64,000 nt of DNA from Candidatus Hadarchaeota archaeon (GTDB lineage: Archaea; CAYQAE01; CAYVLA01): positions 16,409 to 80,408 of the forward strand of contig CAYVLA010000006.1 of assembly GCA_964452145.1 (NCBI GenBank), in the 5' to 3' direction. Every line of letters begins with the position of its first letter. Position 1 is the stretch's first letter. A program made the translations under genes and the position numbers. Shown one piece after another: positions 37,439-47,820 of this stretch. The notes under the pieces are model-generated. The model had not been told where the DNA came from. It made no database searches and saw only the letters and a program-made list of their open reading frames with translations.

Positions 37439-38830
37439 TCACAGTTCACGTAAATACTTTTTCATCATCCTCAACGAAGAATCAGGAGCAGCGAAAGAGA
37501 GCAGACCCATTGCCCACATGATGTACTCCTCGTCCACAAACAGCCTGGGCCGTTTCGGTTTGAGCAACAGCGGGTTGTCGCCGCGAGAGCAGGCCTCCTC
37601 CAATATTCTACGCGGATTCCAGCTGTGAACTATCGGGCCTCCAGTGCCGATCACACTTCCGATGTTGCTCAGGTCTTTGCCCTCCTGTATCAGGAACGAT
37701 CCGGAGGGGCTGAACATCTCCCGCAGTTTCCCAACATGCCTTGTCACGGCAACATCGACAGCGACCCGTGCCAGGGCCTGGTCGATCTGGTAATCCTCCC
37801 TTGTTCGGGGAACCCGTCCCACGTTGAGAGAAAGCTCGGCTATTCTGTCTTTGAGTTCGTCCTCGCTGATTCCGAGACCAGTCATTTCCAGGATCTTGCT
37901 GGCACCGCACACCTTCAGAAGGGAATCCACGCTGACGCGCAACCCCATATCCCCCTCAACCGTTCTCTTGGCATAGGGCTCGGGGAGGCCTCTAAGGATC
38001 GTTCTGGAATGGGTTGGGTTTCCTTCGGATACGGAGTGGATATTCGTGGTCGCTCCCCCAACCTCGACCACCATCAGGTCTCCCAAGCCGGATTCCGCTT
38101 CAGTGCCATCTGCGAGCAACTCAGAGGCCTTCAACGTAGCCGATGGTGTGGGCAGAAGGATGTGAACGAGGTCCTCCACCTGGCTCAGTCCCTTGGCGCG
38201 GACTATCCGCTCCAAGAATACTTCCCGGATCATCTCCCTTGCCGGCTCTATGTTCAACTCCCCAAGCTCGGGCATCACGTTCTCCGTCTCCCTCACCTCT
38301 TTTCCACTCGATCGTAGAACGCCCGCCACATCATCCCTCGCCTCCTTGTTTCCGGCCACAATTACCGGCACTTGAAGCGTAGAGCCCGCAAGAACCCGGG
38401 CATTGTGCAGGATCACCTTCGTATCGCCCCCATCGATGCCCCCGGAAAGCAGTACGATGTCCGGCTCCAAGTCCTCTATCTCCCGCAGTTCACGGATCGT
38501 CAACCCGTAGGAAAAGGCAGCCAAGACCTTTGCTCCGGCACCTAAGGACGCCCTCCTTGCAGCCTCTGCAGTGAGCTCGGGAACGAGCCCGACGGCTATC
38601 ACCTTCAAGCCCCCCTTGGCGCTGCTGCAGGCGAGTTTGTGGTCGAAGCCATACGAGCTCAGCTCCGAGAACTGAGGGATCTGATCGAGGCTTTTTCTAA
38701 GGCCGTCCATTATGTCCGTGGTCGCTGTCGTCACTGCTTTCGATTCTGCAACTATCGTCTCCCTCTCCGGGTTCGCAATCACGACCTTGGTGAACGTGCT
38801 GCCGAGATCGATCAACAAGGCCAGACTCAA
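37439..38830 (-). CDS. glmL: GlmL/MutL-type ATP-dependent mutase reactivating factor (ASKHA fold)
   Basis: LLIDLGSTFTK, ACSSAKGGL, VEVGGATT, RTVEGDMG and VIGTGG motifs. GGAGGTG RBS before TTG. Confidence 0.88.
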   Translation of the reverse strand: MSLALLIDLGSTFTKVVIANPERETIVAESKAVTTATTDIMDGLRKSLDQIPQFSELSSYGFDHKLACSSAKGGLKVIAVGLVPELTAEAARRASLGAGAKVLAAFSYGLTIRELREIEDLEPDIVLLSGGIDGGDTKVILHNARVLAGSTLQVPVIVAGNKEARDDVAGVLRSSGKEVRETENVMPELGELNIEPAREMIREVFLERIVRAKGLSQVEDLVHILLPTPSATLKASELLADGTEAESGLGDLMVVEVGGATTNIHSVSEGNPTHSRTILRGLPEPYAKRTVEGDMGLRVSVDSLLKVCGASKILEMTGLGISEDELKDRIAELSLNVGRVPRTREDYQIDQALARVAVDVAVTRHVGKLREMFSPSGSFLIQEGKDLSNIGSVIGTGGPIVHSWNPRRILEEACSRGDNPLLLKPKRPRLFVDEEYIMWAMGLLSFAAPDSSLRMMKKYLREL

Positions 38831-38925
38831 AGACTTGACACCTCCTCAGCCAGTTCGGATACCCTCGAGAGATGGGGGCTCTTGGCGAACTCCTCGCTTC
38901 TGCGCTTGACTTCCTGCAACGACAA

Positions 38926-38933
38926 CGTTTATA
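38926..38933. promoter_or_regulatory. Candidate TATA box in the glmL/cobO intergenic region
   Basis: Reads TATAAA on the minus strand and TTTATA on the plus strand; direction ambiguous. Confidence 0.3.
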
Positions 38934-39351
38934 CGGATTTCCCTAGGACCTAGGAATATGGGACCCAGGCGCACCGGATTCGGGAAAGGCTCACATGACT
39001 TGATGGTACATGGGGCCCTCGAGCTGATCCTCGTCCCTCAATCCTAGGTCTGGACGTCCTTTTTGGACCTTGCCGCCCCACTTCAGCCTTCTTCGTTCTC
39101 CCTTAGAATGGCCGCCCTTGCGAAGGCGATGGCTGGCTGTCAACGCTGTTAAGGATCATTCGCTCTCGCAGGCGTTCAAGGAGATCACGGGTGCGATGCC
39201 GCGTCCACGGCGCGGAGGGACTCTCCGGAAATGACACGCGAACTCGCACGCCACGCAGAAAGGGCCGGCAGGCCTTCTCCCGAAGTGGCCCCTTGCTTGG
39301 AGAAGCCAAGTAGGGAATCGGTTTATCTTCTGCAACGCGGTATATGTCCAC

Positions 39352-39882
39352 ATGCCCACGCAGAGGCTGGAGAGAGGCTTGGTCCAGGTGTACACTGGTG
39401 ACGGAAAGGGTAAGACCACAGCCGCCTTCGGTTTGGCGCTGCGAGCCATAGGACATGGTATGAGGGTATACATGGTGCAATTCCTGAAGAGGCAGGACTC
39501 CGGGGAGGTGGTCGCAGCAAAAAGGCTCTTTCCCGACCTGCAGATAGCCCAGTATGGCCGACCGGGCCCCATGGATGGAATCTTCTTCGAGGATCATCGA
39601 TTGGCCAAGGAAGCCCTGCAGCGTGCAAGAGAAGTTGTATGCAGCGGGGATTACGACGTAGTCATATTGGATGAGGTTAACGTCGCACTGCACTTCCGAT
39701 TGCTCAAATCATCCGACGTACTGGAGCTGATCTCCCAGAGGCCTGACAACGTCGAACTCGTGCTCACCGGTCGGCACGCCCCCGACGAACTGATCTCGGC
39801 CGCCCAACTGGTGACGGAGTTCGTGGAAGTAAAACATCCTCACTCACGGGACATGCAAGCACGAAGAGGCATAGACTACTGA
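39352..39882 (+). CDS. cobO: Cob(I)yrinic acid a,c-diamide / cob(I)alamin adenosyltransferase
   Basis: GLVQVYTGDGKGKTTAAFG, VQFLK, VILDEVN, ELVLTGR and ARRGIDY motifs. Confidence 0.95.
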   Translation: MPTQRLERGLVQVYTGDGKGKTTAAFGLALRAIGHGMRVYMVQFLKRQDSGEVVAAKRLFPDLQIAQYGRPGPMDGIFFEDHRLAKEALQRAREVVCSGDYDVVILDEVNVALHFRLLKSSDVLELISQRPDNVELVLTGRHAPDELISAAQLVTEFVEVKHPHSRDMQARRGIDY

Positions 39883-40188
39883 TGCTCCGGTGCCAACGCA
39901 GTGATGATTTCTGGAACAATTATCAGAATCATGTCATTCGAGAAATCCGTCCATCAAGGTAACTGCATACCTCACTCTCCTCACTGCTGACCAGCAACAG
40001 AACAGGAGAGCCATCTTCCAGCAACACCCCACGCCCAATCTGGCCTGGGACATCATCGCCCCAAGTCGATGAAGAGTTGTCCTAGGCCTTTGGCCGATCT
40101 CGGGTAGGGCAGACGGCTGGTGGGCTGGTCTGTTAACTATATTAGACGGGTGCCGCATCTCTCAAGCCGGGGCGGAGGAACGACAGAC

Positions 40189-41388
40189 ATGCGTCACAGG
40201 AAACATGCCCACACCCGCGTCTCCCTGACAATCGCTCTCCTGACGATGCCAGGACTCCTTCCGGTCTGCTTGGGAGCCGAGATCCCGAGGGTATACTACA
40301 TCGGGGACTGCAAGCCCACCACGAGCCCGATAAACATCGTGAGCGATGATCCGGCTCTCCACGTCGTTGCGGTGCCGGCGGTGATCGGCACGGTCTGGTG
40401 GACCTCCAAGGAGGTGGCACGCGCCCTGAGACTGTATATGCCTAGGAACTACGAGGAACTGGTCGAGACCAGGGTGCTGATCCTCCTCAGCGATGTCAAG
40501 GCCGAGAACCTGCCCGGCTTCCACATCGACTGGTTCTCGAAGGCGGTTAGACAGGACGGCATGTCGCTCATGATGTTCGGCGGGATATCCTCCTTCGGCG
40601 GGCATGCCGGATTCCCCTCAGCATGGGGCCAGACGAGCGTGGGGGAGATCCTCCCCGTTTCCCTCATCCTTGAGGCAACCGGGCCGGGCCCGTGGACGCC
40701 GGTGGTGACTTCTCCGGACGACCCGCTCATGCTCGCGTTTCCGTGGGATTCTTGTCCGCCCTTCTACGGGTACAACAGGGTGACCCGGAAGGAGGGAGCC
40801 AAGCTGCTTGCCCAGACCAGCAACACGGCGGAACCCTTCATGATCGTATGGGATGTTGGGCCCGGGCGGAGCTTCGCCTTCTGCACCGACTGGACGCCGG
40901 ACTGGGGTAAATCCTTCCAGCTCTGGGACCCATACATCGACTTCTGCGTCTACTCGATATACTACACGATGGGCAGGATGATACCGCGGGATATCGAGCT
41001 GGTCCACGTAGTCAGGTCCGAGATGCTCGAGAACCGGGTGAGAACGCAGGTGCTGATCTCGCTGTTGGCACTAGTCGATCAGATGGGCGGCAACGTCCTT
41101 CCGTTGGAGGAGAAGATGAGGGAAGCAGCACTCGTCCGTCGTCAGGCAGACAGCCAATACGTCCTCCAAGAATACGGTTCGGCCCTGACAACGGTCAAGC
41201 AAGCCAACTCCGACCTTGCGGCGATCGAGGGTGAGGCCGTCAGGGTCAAGGCAAGAGCCATGCTGTGGGTATGGATCGTGGAGTGGCTTGTGGTGACATC
41301 GACCCTCATGATCACCGGCGTGGCTGTCTGGAGCCTGATGGTGAGAAGAAAGCTGTATCGCGAAGTAGTGACGACGAGAAGCCCATGA
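40189..41388 (+). CDS. Membrane-anchored GATase1-like surface protein, paralog 2 of 6
   Basis: Signal peptide, RLYMPRNY, GMSLMMFGGISSFGG...W...EILPV (DUF1355-like), and C-terminal AMLWVWIVEW...WSLMVRRKLYREVVTTR. GGAGG RBS. Confidence 0.85.
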   Translation: MRHRKHAHTRVSLTIALLTMPGLLPVCLGAEIPRVYYIGDCKPTTSPINIVSDDPALHVVAVPAVIGTVWWTSKEVARALRLYMPRNYEELVETRVLILLSDVKAENLPGFHIDWFSKAVRQDGMSLMMFGGISSFGGHAGFPSAWGQTSVGEILPVSLILEATGPGPWTPVVTSPDDPLMLAFPWDSCPPFYGYNRVTRKEGAKLLAQTSNTAEPFMIVWDVGPGRSFAFCTDWTPDWGKSFQLWDPYIDFCVYSIYYTMGRMIPRDIELVHVVRSEMLENRVRTQVLISLLALVDQMGGNVLPLEEKMREAALVRRQADSQYVLQEYGSALTTVKQANSDLAAIEGEAVRVKARAMLWVWIVEWLVVTSTLMITGVAVWSLMVRRKLYREVVTTRSP

Positions 41389-41520
41389 TTGCTTGGCGCA
41401 CGTTCAGCCACTCCTCGGGCTTCAGACGACAGGAGTTCTCACACATCGGGAGGATTCCTGGAAGTGCAGCCCAGAACTTGTCCGCACAGAGAAGCTCAAC
41501 GTCGTGGACCACGGATGCCA

Positions 41521-43332
41521 TTACGTGACCGTCACGATCGCTTCGACTATCTGCCCCAGAAGCCTTGAGTCGAGCCTGACATCTGCGGCCAAGGCGTATC
41601 GGTCCTTCTTCCGGCCTACCGCAATCGAGAAGGGAACCCTGCCGACCTGATCCTCATCGATCTCCGCCAATCCGACCTCCGGCCTGCTAGACCATCCCCG
41701 GGGAGTGATAGGCCTCGCCTCCAGCGCAACGCGCCGGCCGAAGTGATTCCGCATCTCCAGAGCAAGCTCCACCCGGCCTCCGGCCTCGACGCTACTCTGG
41801 TAGGGGACCAGCCGCAGCCAACCGGGGCTGACACCGATGACGCTCGGAGGTGGCAGAATGGAGTCGAACATCATATTAGTACCAGCGGCTCTGTCGACCA
41901 GCGTTCGAACCTTGGCGTCGTCCACGGCAAACCAACCACCGTGACCGTGGGCCAGGAAATCGGGTTTCAGCTCGACCAGTCTCTGGGCGCATTTCGCATG
42001 GCTCTCCGCCGTCACCAGGTTCCTATGAATGATTGGCTGGGTTAGTGCCTTCCCCATGTCGTGGATGCTGTCGCCCACGAACACCACCCGCTTGCCGTCG
42101 ATATCGACGCCCATGGCCATGTGGTACTCGGTCTGACCTGGGAAGTGCACCACCGTGAGCCGGTATTCCTCCCACTGGACCATCTCCCCGTCTGCGATCG
42201 GCCTGTCGACCTTCATTGCATAGGGGAGTAGGCACGGAACATTGTACCTGTGCGGGTTCTCGAGTATGTCCACCATCCGGTCAAGAGCCCATAGCTGGAC
42301 CCCGTGTCTCTTCTGCAGATGGGGAATTCCGCAGGTGTGATCGTCATGGTAGTGTGTGGGTATCACCACATCCACCGACTTCACGCCCCAGTTCTCCCGC
42401 AACTCGTGTATGGAGTGTTCGACGAATCTCTGGAACTCCCAAGACTCGAACTGCCTCAGGTGGGCGTAGAAGTGGTTCCCGCTGGCCGCACCGTAGTCGA
42501 TCAACATCGCCCTTCCCGACTTGCTGAGCAGCGCGTAGAACGTGCAGCATGCATGCGGGGCGACCAAGAGATGAGGTAGAACCTGTTTCAATGGCTTGTC
42601 GATCGTCAGGGGCTGGAAGGAGACGTACCTATGGTACTCTCTCAGGTTGTCGATCGTCTTCCGGATGGCCGCGTCGGCGTTCCGCATCGGCTCCCCATGT
42701 GACGGAAGGAGCAGGTCGGGCCTCTGTCTGGCTAGATCGCGCAGCGAGAAAGCGTTCAGATCCACGCCCTCCACGCCGCCATAGGAGTGCTGCAACTCGG
42801 TGAGGCTCCATACCTTGCCGGGCGAGTGGATCATGTCCCCTGTGAAGGCCACCTTGGTCCCATCCACCTCGCCCAGCAGGCAGACCGAGCCATGGGTGTG
42901 GCCAGGGGCCGGAAGGATATGGAAGCTGTAGCCGCGCCAAGTGAAAGTCTCGTAATCCACAAGCGAGGCGTCGACTCTTATGCTTCTGGTGAGCGCAAAG
43001 TAAGTGGACTGATCGTTGTAGCTGTCGTATATCTGCTTGTTTCGCCAGAAGTTCTCGGCGGCCTCGAAGAGGGGACGCTCGTGAAATGGGACGGCTATCC
43101 TCGTTTTCCGCGAAAGAAGGTGGTCGCCTTGACACTGATCCCGGTGGTGATGGGTGTGGAGAACCCATTCCACACGGCGCATGCCGATTCCGGGCAGCTC
43201 GCCAAGGATGGAACCTGACCCGGAGTCCACAAGAAGACAATCCCTGCCCTTCCTCACCACGTACACGTTGCAGGTATCCCTGTAAACGAAGAGGTTGTCG
43301 GAGATCGGCTCAGCTGCGGTCTCGCTCATCAT
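41521..43332 (-). CDS. Tandem metallo-beta-lactamase-fold hydrolase with C-terminal Ig-like domain
   Basis: Two MBL motifs (THHHRDQ...PGHT..AFTGD and THYHDDH...PGQT..FVGD) and a C-terminal beta-sandwich. Confidence 0.85.
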   Translation of the reverse strand: MMSETAAEPISDNLFVYRDTCNVYVVRKGRDCLLVDSGSGSILGELPGIGMRRVEWVLHTHHHRDQCQGDHLLSRKTRIAVPFHERPLFEAAENFWRNKQIYDSYNDQSTYFALTRSIRVDASLVDYETFTWRGYSFHILPAPGHTHGSVCLLGEVDGTKVAFTGDMIHSPGKVWSLTELQHSYGGVEGVDLNAFSLRDLARQRPDLLLPSHGEPMRNADAAIRKTIDNLREYHRYVSFQPLTIDKPLKQVLPHLLVAPHACCTFYALLSKSGRAMLIDYGAASGNHFYAHLRQFESWEFQRFVEHSIHELRENWGVKSVDVVIPTHYHDDHTCGIPHLQKRHGVQLWALDRMVDILENPHRYNVPCLLPYAMKVDRPIADGEMVQWEEYRLTVVHFPGQTEYHMAMGVDIDGKRVVFVGDSIHDMGKALTQPIIHRNLVTAESHAKCAQRLVELKPDFLAHGHGGWFAVDDAKVRTLVDRAAGTNMMFDSILPPPSVIGVSPGWLRLVPYQSSVEAGGRVELALEMRNHFGRRVALEARPITPRGWSSRPEVGLAEIDEDQVGRVPFSIAVGRKKDRYALAADVRLDSRLLGQIVEAIVTVT

Positions 43333-43876
43333 GGGAAACCTCGCGTGATGCCAAGCATCGGGATTGGTATGTGTTGTGCTCTCTGAAAGCAGACTTGTCG
43401 TGACCGTCGGGAAACCACGCGAGCCTGGGAGCCTTGCCTCGCATCCTCCTCGTGGCTCACCGCCACGCCTGCTGACCTGTCTCGGTCACTTGTCTGGGGC
43501 TCTGGAACAATCCACGCCATTGACCATGGGGCCTCAGCATGCACCGGATTCAAAGCTTTTTCTAACACTGCGGAATACTGTCTCTTGCGGCATCCCACAC
43601 ATCCCTGAGGACAGCGTTGCACCAGCCCATCTACCCGGCCACGCCAAGTGTCGTGCCGCCGCGGCCTTCACCGAATCGTTTCGTCTAGCCAATGCACCGA
43701 TTGGCAATCGCAGCTTCGCGCCTGTCCGAGATCCAGACTCCAAACCCTCCGCTTCGTCCCCTTCTGGGCACCTGCAGGAAGACATGTCAGCCTCGTCACA
43801 GCACTGATGAACAGCTGACCCCACTCAGTGCCGGACACGTAACTGCCGTTACCGGCCGCACACGACCCCCTCCATC

Positions 43877-44812
43877 TCACGGGCCATCGCGAACGACGGT
43901 GAGAACAGCCGCCAGGATCGCCCGGGTCGCCATCGCGACGTTTGGGATGTCCACCAATTCAGGGACATCGGTCTCAAGATGGTAGTTCGGGTCAGCGTAG
44001 GGGTGGGAGCCGACGTTGACGATGGCAGCCGGGAAGCCGGCGTTCACGAACGAGCCGTCGTCGTCTCCGGGCTGCTGACGCGGGTAGACGGATTGCTCCA
44101 GTCCAATGCCGTAATCCTCGTTCACCTCACATACCAGGTCGGCCAATCGCCGGCCTTCGGGCGTGGTGTAGAGAGTGGCATTTGTCTTCCGACCATGCTC
44201 CACGTCGGCTTGCGACTTCCCACCCAGAGAATCGGTGTTGAATACGGCGATGATGTTGTCCCCTCGCATTCTAGAGGCCTGCGCGGCAGCCACGCTGGTC
44301 CACGGCGTGTGCTCCTCGTTACAGAAAAGGAACCGGACGGAGCGACGCGGCATGGAGCGAGAAAGGACGCGGGCGATCTCCAGCAACGCAACCGTGCCGA
44401 CAGCGTTGTCGTAGGCACCAGGTGAATCCACCCAGCTCTGCGAGTCTTTGTGGGCACAGATGACGATGATCTCATCCGGCTTCTCTATGCCGAGCCTCTC
44501 CGCATAGAGGTTGTAGGCGATGTACCAAGGATCTTGCGGATCCGGCTTGCCATACTGGTGGGCCTTCGGTTTGGACTCGTCACGTCGGAACGCTTGGACG
44601 CGCACGCCCTCCTTCTTCACCTCGTAGCCCCATGATGCCAACTTTGCCTGGATGAAGTCATCCGCTTCGTCGAGCGTCGTCCCCGGGTGCCCGGGGAGAG
44701 TGTGGTTCACCTTCCGAAAGCGCAACGGGTCTCTTGTAAGGCATGACAGGTTGGACGGGAGGCGGCAAGGATCAATGCCAGACAGCACCCGGGAGATGGC
44801 GTCGTCGACCAT
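43877..44812 (-). CDS. M28 family metallopeptidase
   Basis: CAHKDS, GAYDNAVG, NEEH, NTDSL and YHLETD zinc motifs. No signal peptide or PA domain. Confidence 0.88.
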   Translation of the reverse strand: MVDDAISRVLSGIDPCRLPSNLSCLTRDPLRFRKVNHTLPGHPGTTLDEADDFIQAKLASWGYEVKKEGVRVQAFRRDESKPKAHQYGKPDPQDPWYIAYNLYAERLGIEKPDEIIVICAHKDSQSWVDSPGAYDNAVGTVALLEIARVLSRSMPRRSVRFLFCNEEHTPWTSVAAAQASRMRGDNIIAVFNTDSLGGKSQADVEHGRKTNATLYTTPEGRRLADLVCEVNEDYGIGLEQSVYPRQQPGDDDGSFVNAGFPAAIVNVGSHPYADPNYHLETDVPELVDIPNVAMATRAILAAVLTVVRDGP

Positions 44813-45066
44813 TTCTTTGGATCACCTCGACATCAGCGTGAGAGCCGTGCAGTGAACTCGCCCCATAACAATGTGAGCTCTGCGATTGGGCCGTGAAACT
44901 GGTCGCGGGCGGTTGGATGCACAGCTTCACGGGAGTCACCTTTCTCGGCAAGATCCGGCCCTGACCGGGGGATGATGGACGATTCAGGTCAATATACGAG
45001 TGTCGCCCGGAGATTGCTTCTCGAACGGTCCCGACCATCAGGTGCACGGCGACCTGAACGGCATTC

Positions 45067-46398
45067 TTAGAGTTGTCTTGTCACCCCCGTCTCCCTGTAC
45101 AGCCGCCGTCCAACCATCAGGGTCCACGTCGCAACGGCCACCAATCCGAACGTGCCCGTGACGGCACACCACTCCACCGCGTAGACCCAGAACAGGGCTC
45201 TTCCCTTCAAAGCGACCGCCTTCTTCTCGATCGTGTAGATCAGGTCAAAGGCCTCCCGGAGACGGGTCTGACATGACTCGAAGTCCTGAGAGAGATAGTC
45301 CCTTCCCGCCCGATCCACGAGGGAGTCGGCCCCCGCGACCTGTTGCTGCAGGCTCTGGCTGCTTGCGCCGAACTTCTCTACGAAATCCAACAAAGAGTAC
45401 AGAACCCCAACCCTGAGGACGTAGTCCCTGAACCCGCTCCTAAGCCTTTGGACAAGCAGTGGGTCCGATGGCAGCTCCCTTCGGAGCGAATACCAGACTA
45501 TGTTGGTGAAGATGCCCAGCGCGTATCTCTCCTGGCCGTCCCCTCCCCACCAGTATCCCCACATGGGACTCACGAACTGGTCCCCCGTTGCCCAGATCCT
45601 GGAGTTCCTGTCCCCAAATTCCCAAGACAGCAACAACGGGCAACTGGTCTTGCCCAGCTTGAAGGGTATGTCTTTTGCTCTGGCCCATTCCGTGGCGCCT
45701 TCCTTGGCGAAAAGTAGGCGGGTATAACCAAAGGGCTTGACCTTCTCGATTCCAAGGGCCTTGTAGGGCCTGATCACGGGGGCAAGCGATCGGTCGTCCA
45801 CGATCTCGAGGTTGTAGGCTTCTATGTTATCGTGCGAAAGGGAGATGAACCTCTCCTGATCGTGCGGGAAGGCCTTTGACAGGTCCGAGCTCATCCACGG
45901 GACATACATCTCGGGGTACGCGCTCTGAGTAAAGCCGAGGGCACCGACCCCCCGCTCCTTCAAGGCTCGATACATCCACTGGATCTGAATATCATCATGG
46001 TAGTCCAGGAACGGCTGATCGTAGACGAAGAAGTCGTAGACCAGAAGGGCCTCGTACGACCGGGGCATGTATATGCGGATGAACCTGCGAAGCTGCTCAA
46101 TGCTGTAGAGGCCGGCGTGGATGGACCGGGAGACGACCAGCGTCCCCTCCAAGGACGGCTCGGCCCTGAAGAAGTCTGATAAGGGGCTGTAGCTGGGGTC
46201 GACCTGCCCCATGGCGAGCACCTTGATGACGTCCTGACACCATGCTCCAAAAGGAACGATCAGGACCACAAGGACGACGGCAGAAGCCCCTATGCCGAAG
46301 CCCATGCTCATGAAACAGAGGGCTTCCCTTAAATATCGCGAGGCAGCACATCTCTGCACAAGGCCTAGCAAGGGCGAGCCCGTCTGAACGGCCTGCAT
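45067..46398 (-). CDS. Membrane-anchored GATase1-like surface protein, paralog 3 of 6
   Basis: RIYMPRSY, LDFVEKFGA and C-terminal ALFWVYAVEW...WTLMVGRRLYRETGVTR. ATG 46398 lies immediately after the AbrB-like stop. Confidence 0.82.
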   Translation of the reverse strand: MQAVQTGSPLLGLVQRCAASRYLREALCFMSMGFGIGASAVVLVVLIVPFGAWCQDVIKVLAMGQVDPSYSPLSDFFRAEPSLEGTLVVSRSIHAGLYSIEQLRRFIRIYMPRSYEALLVYDFFVYDQPFLDYHDDIQIQWMYRALKERGVGALGFTQSAYPEMYVPWMSSDLSKAFPHDQERFISLSHDNIEAYNLEIVDDRSLAPVIRPYKALGIEKVKPFGYTRLLFAKEGATEWARAKDIPFKLGKTSCPLLLSWEFGDRNSRIWATGDQFVSPMWGYWWGGDGQERYALGIFTNIVWYSLRRELPSDPLLVQRLRSGFRDYVLRVGVLYSLLDFVEKFGASSQSLQQQVAGADSLVDRAGRDYLSQDFESCQTRLREAFDLIYTIEKKAVALKGRALFWVYAVEWCAVTGTFGLVAVATWTLMVGRRLYRETGVTRQL

Positions 46399-46399
46399 T

Positions 46400-46624
46400 T
46401 TACCAGCTTCTGGTGTCGCCGGTTTCTGTGACTCGGCCTCCTCTTCTTTCTTCATCCGTTGCCTGGTACGGTATGACCTTGAGATAGCCGCTTCTTTTCA
46501 CAACGTAAAGCTGCCGCGTCGGGCCAACTTCGGCCTGCCGCCAGTCAGGGGGTAACAGCAGACGCCCCCCCCGGGAATCCATCATCTTCTTCACTTCGAC
46601 ACCATATGACACGATCATCACCAT
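46400..46624 (-). CDS. AbrB/MazE/SpoVT-type DNA-binding protein
   Basis: EVKKMMDSRGGRLLLPPDWR...LYVVKRSGYLKVIP matches the swapped-hairpin D..GR..LP..WR pattern. Confidence 0.65.
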   Translation of the reverse strand: MVMIVSYGVEVKKMMDSRGGRLLLPPDWRQAEVGPTRQLYVVKRSGYLKVIPYQATDEERRGGRVTETGDTRSW

Positions 46625-46803
46625 TTTGGACCTTACTCTCTGGGGGGATTTGACTCGTACTCCCAGACAATCATGCCCGCCATCGTATTTGAACAGCCCC
46701 TCCAGACATTTCTCAGTCTAAAGGAGGCGGGCTCCCGCCAACACCGAAGACCTATTTGAAGACCTTCAATCTCCCTACCACAGCCATCTGAGAGAGATCC
46801 AAG

Positions 46804-47820
46804 ATGCACAGCAAGGAACGGGTCATCCGAGCCATAGAGTTCGACGGACCCGATAGGATGCCCCACATGCATTCCTACAGGTATGCCACCCTCAGAAGAC
46901 ACGGGGTCGACTTCGCTGCGATCCTTGCCCGATATCCATCCGACTACTCACAGGCCACGCCCTCCCGGGACACCCTCGAGGGATCCGACAGAGGCTCTAC
47001 CACGGACGAGTGGGGGATCACCTGGGTCAAGCTAAACGATGGATACATGGGGCAGCCCAAGGGCCACCCGCTGGAGAACTGGGACAACTTCGAGGACTAC
47101 CGCATCCCGGACCCAGACCCATCCAAGTCCGTGTTCTTGAGGCACCACAGGGGTGATGCCGGGGGTATTGCGTCAGAGGACAAGTACGTCTGCATGTACG
47201 GTGGCAACCTTTTCGAGAGGCTGCAGTGGCTCCGAGGGATGAGAAACGTCTTCGTCGATCTGCACACCAAGAACGCAAGGCTTCTCGAGCTTGCGGACGC
47301 CGTAGTGGACTATGACATAGCCCTATCGAAGATATGGTGTGAGCGCGGCGCGGACGGTATCGTTTTCTCAGACGACTGGGGCACCCAGGATGCGCTGATG
47401 GTCAGCCCGTCCCTCTGGAGACGAATCTTCAGGCCTCGCTACCGCAAGATGTTTTCCGCAGTCCGCAGGCTGGGAGCGAAGGTGCATTTCCACAGCGACG
47501 GATTCATCCTGAATATCGTCTCGGATCTCATCGATCTGGGCGTAGACGTCCTTAACCCCCAGCTGAACGTCCATAACATGGACGAGCTGGAACGCATCTG
47601 TGGCGGAAGGATCTGCATAAGGGGCGGGCTGGACAGGCAGACCGTCCTACCCTACGGATCGCCGGCGCAAGTCCGCAGACACGTGCTCGAAGCGATCCAA
47701 CACTTCGCGGTCTACGACGGGGGATGGATTGCCTGCGGAGAGCTTGGACCCGATGTTCCCCTGGCCAACTGCGAGGCCATGATGAAGAGCTTCTTCGAAC
47801 TAGGGAAGTACCGTCCATGA
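46804..47820 (+). CDS. Uroporphyrinogen decarboxylase / MT2-like TIM-barrel protein
   Basis: DEWGITW, LFERLQWLRG, DDWGTQDALMVSP, HFHSDG and LDRQ..LP.G motifs. Confidence 0.88.
   Translation: MHSKERVIRAIEFDGPDRMPHMHSYRYATLRRHGVDFAAILARYPSDYSQATPSRDTLEGSDRGSTTDEWGITWVKLNDGYMGQPKGHPLENWDNFEDYRIPDPDPSKSVFLRHHRGDAGGIASEDKYVCMYGGNLFERLQWLRGMRNVFVDLHTKNARLLELADAVVDYDIALSKIWCERGADGIVFSDDWGTQDALMVSPSLWRRIFRPRYRKMFSAVRRLGAKVHFHSDGFILNIVSDLIDLGVDVLNPQLNVHNMDELERICGGRICIRGGLDRQTVLPYGSPAQVRRHVLEAIQHFAVYDGGWIACGELGPDVPLANCEAMMKSFFELGKYRP

Noticed and set aside
39103-39693. Long antisense ORFs throughout the window (e.g. 39103-39693, 10267-11823, 11918-12898, 13016-13984, 63235-63984)
   Set aside because: They overlap well-supported genes on the other strand or frame and have low-complexity R/P/G/S-rich translations typical of high-GC shadow ORFs.
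43405-43440. GGGAA...GAGCCTGGGAGCCTTGCC resembling a cobalamin riboswitch B12 box
   Set aside because: No GCCACTG or upstream core, wrong orientation relative to the adjacent gene, and no B12 gene downstream. No riboswitch was seen upstream of glmL or cobO either.
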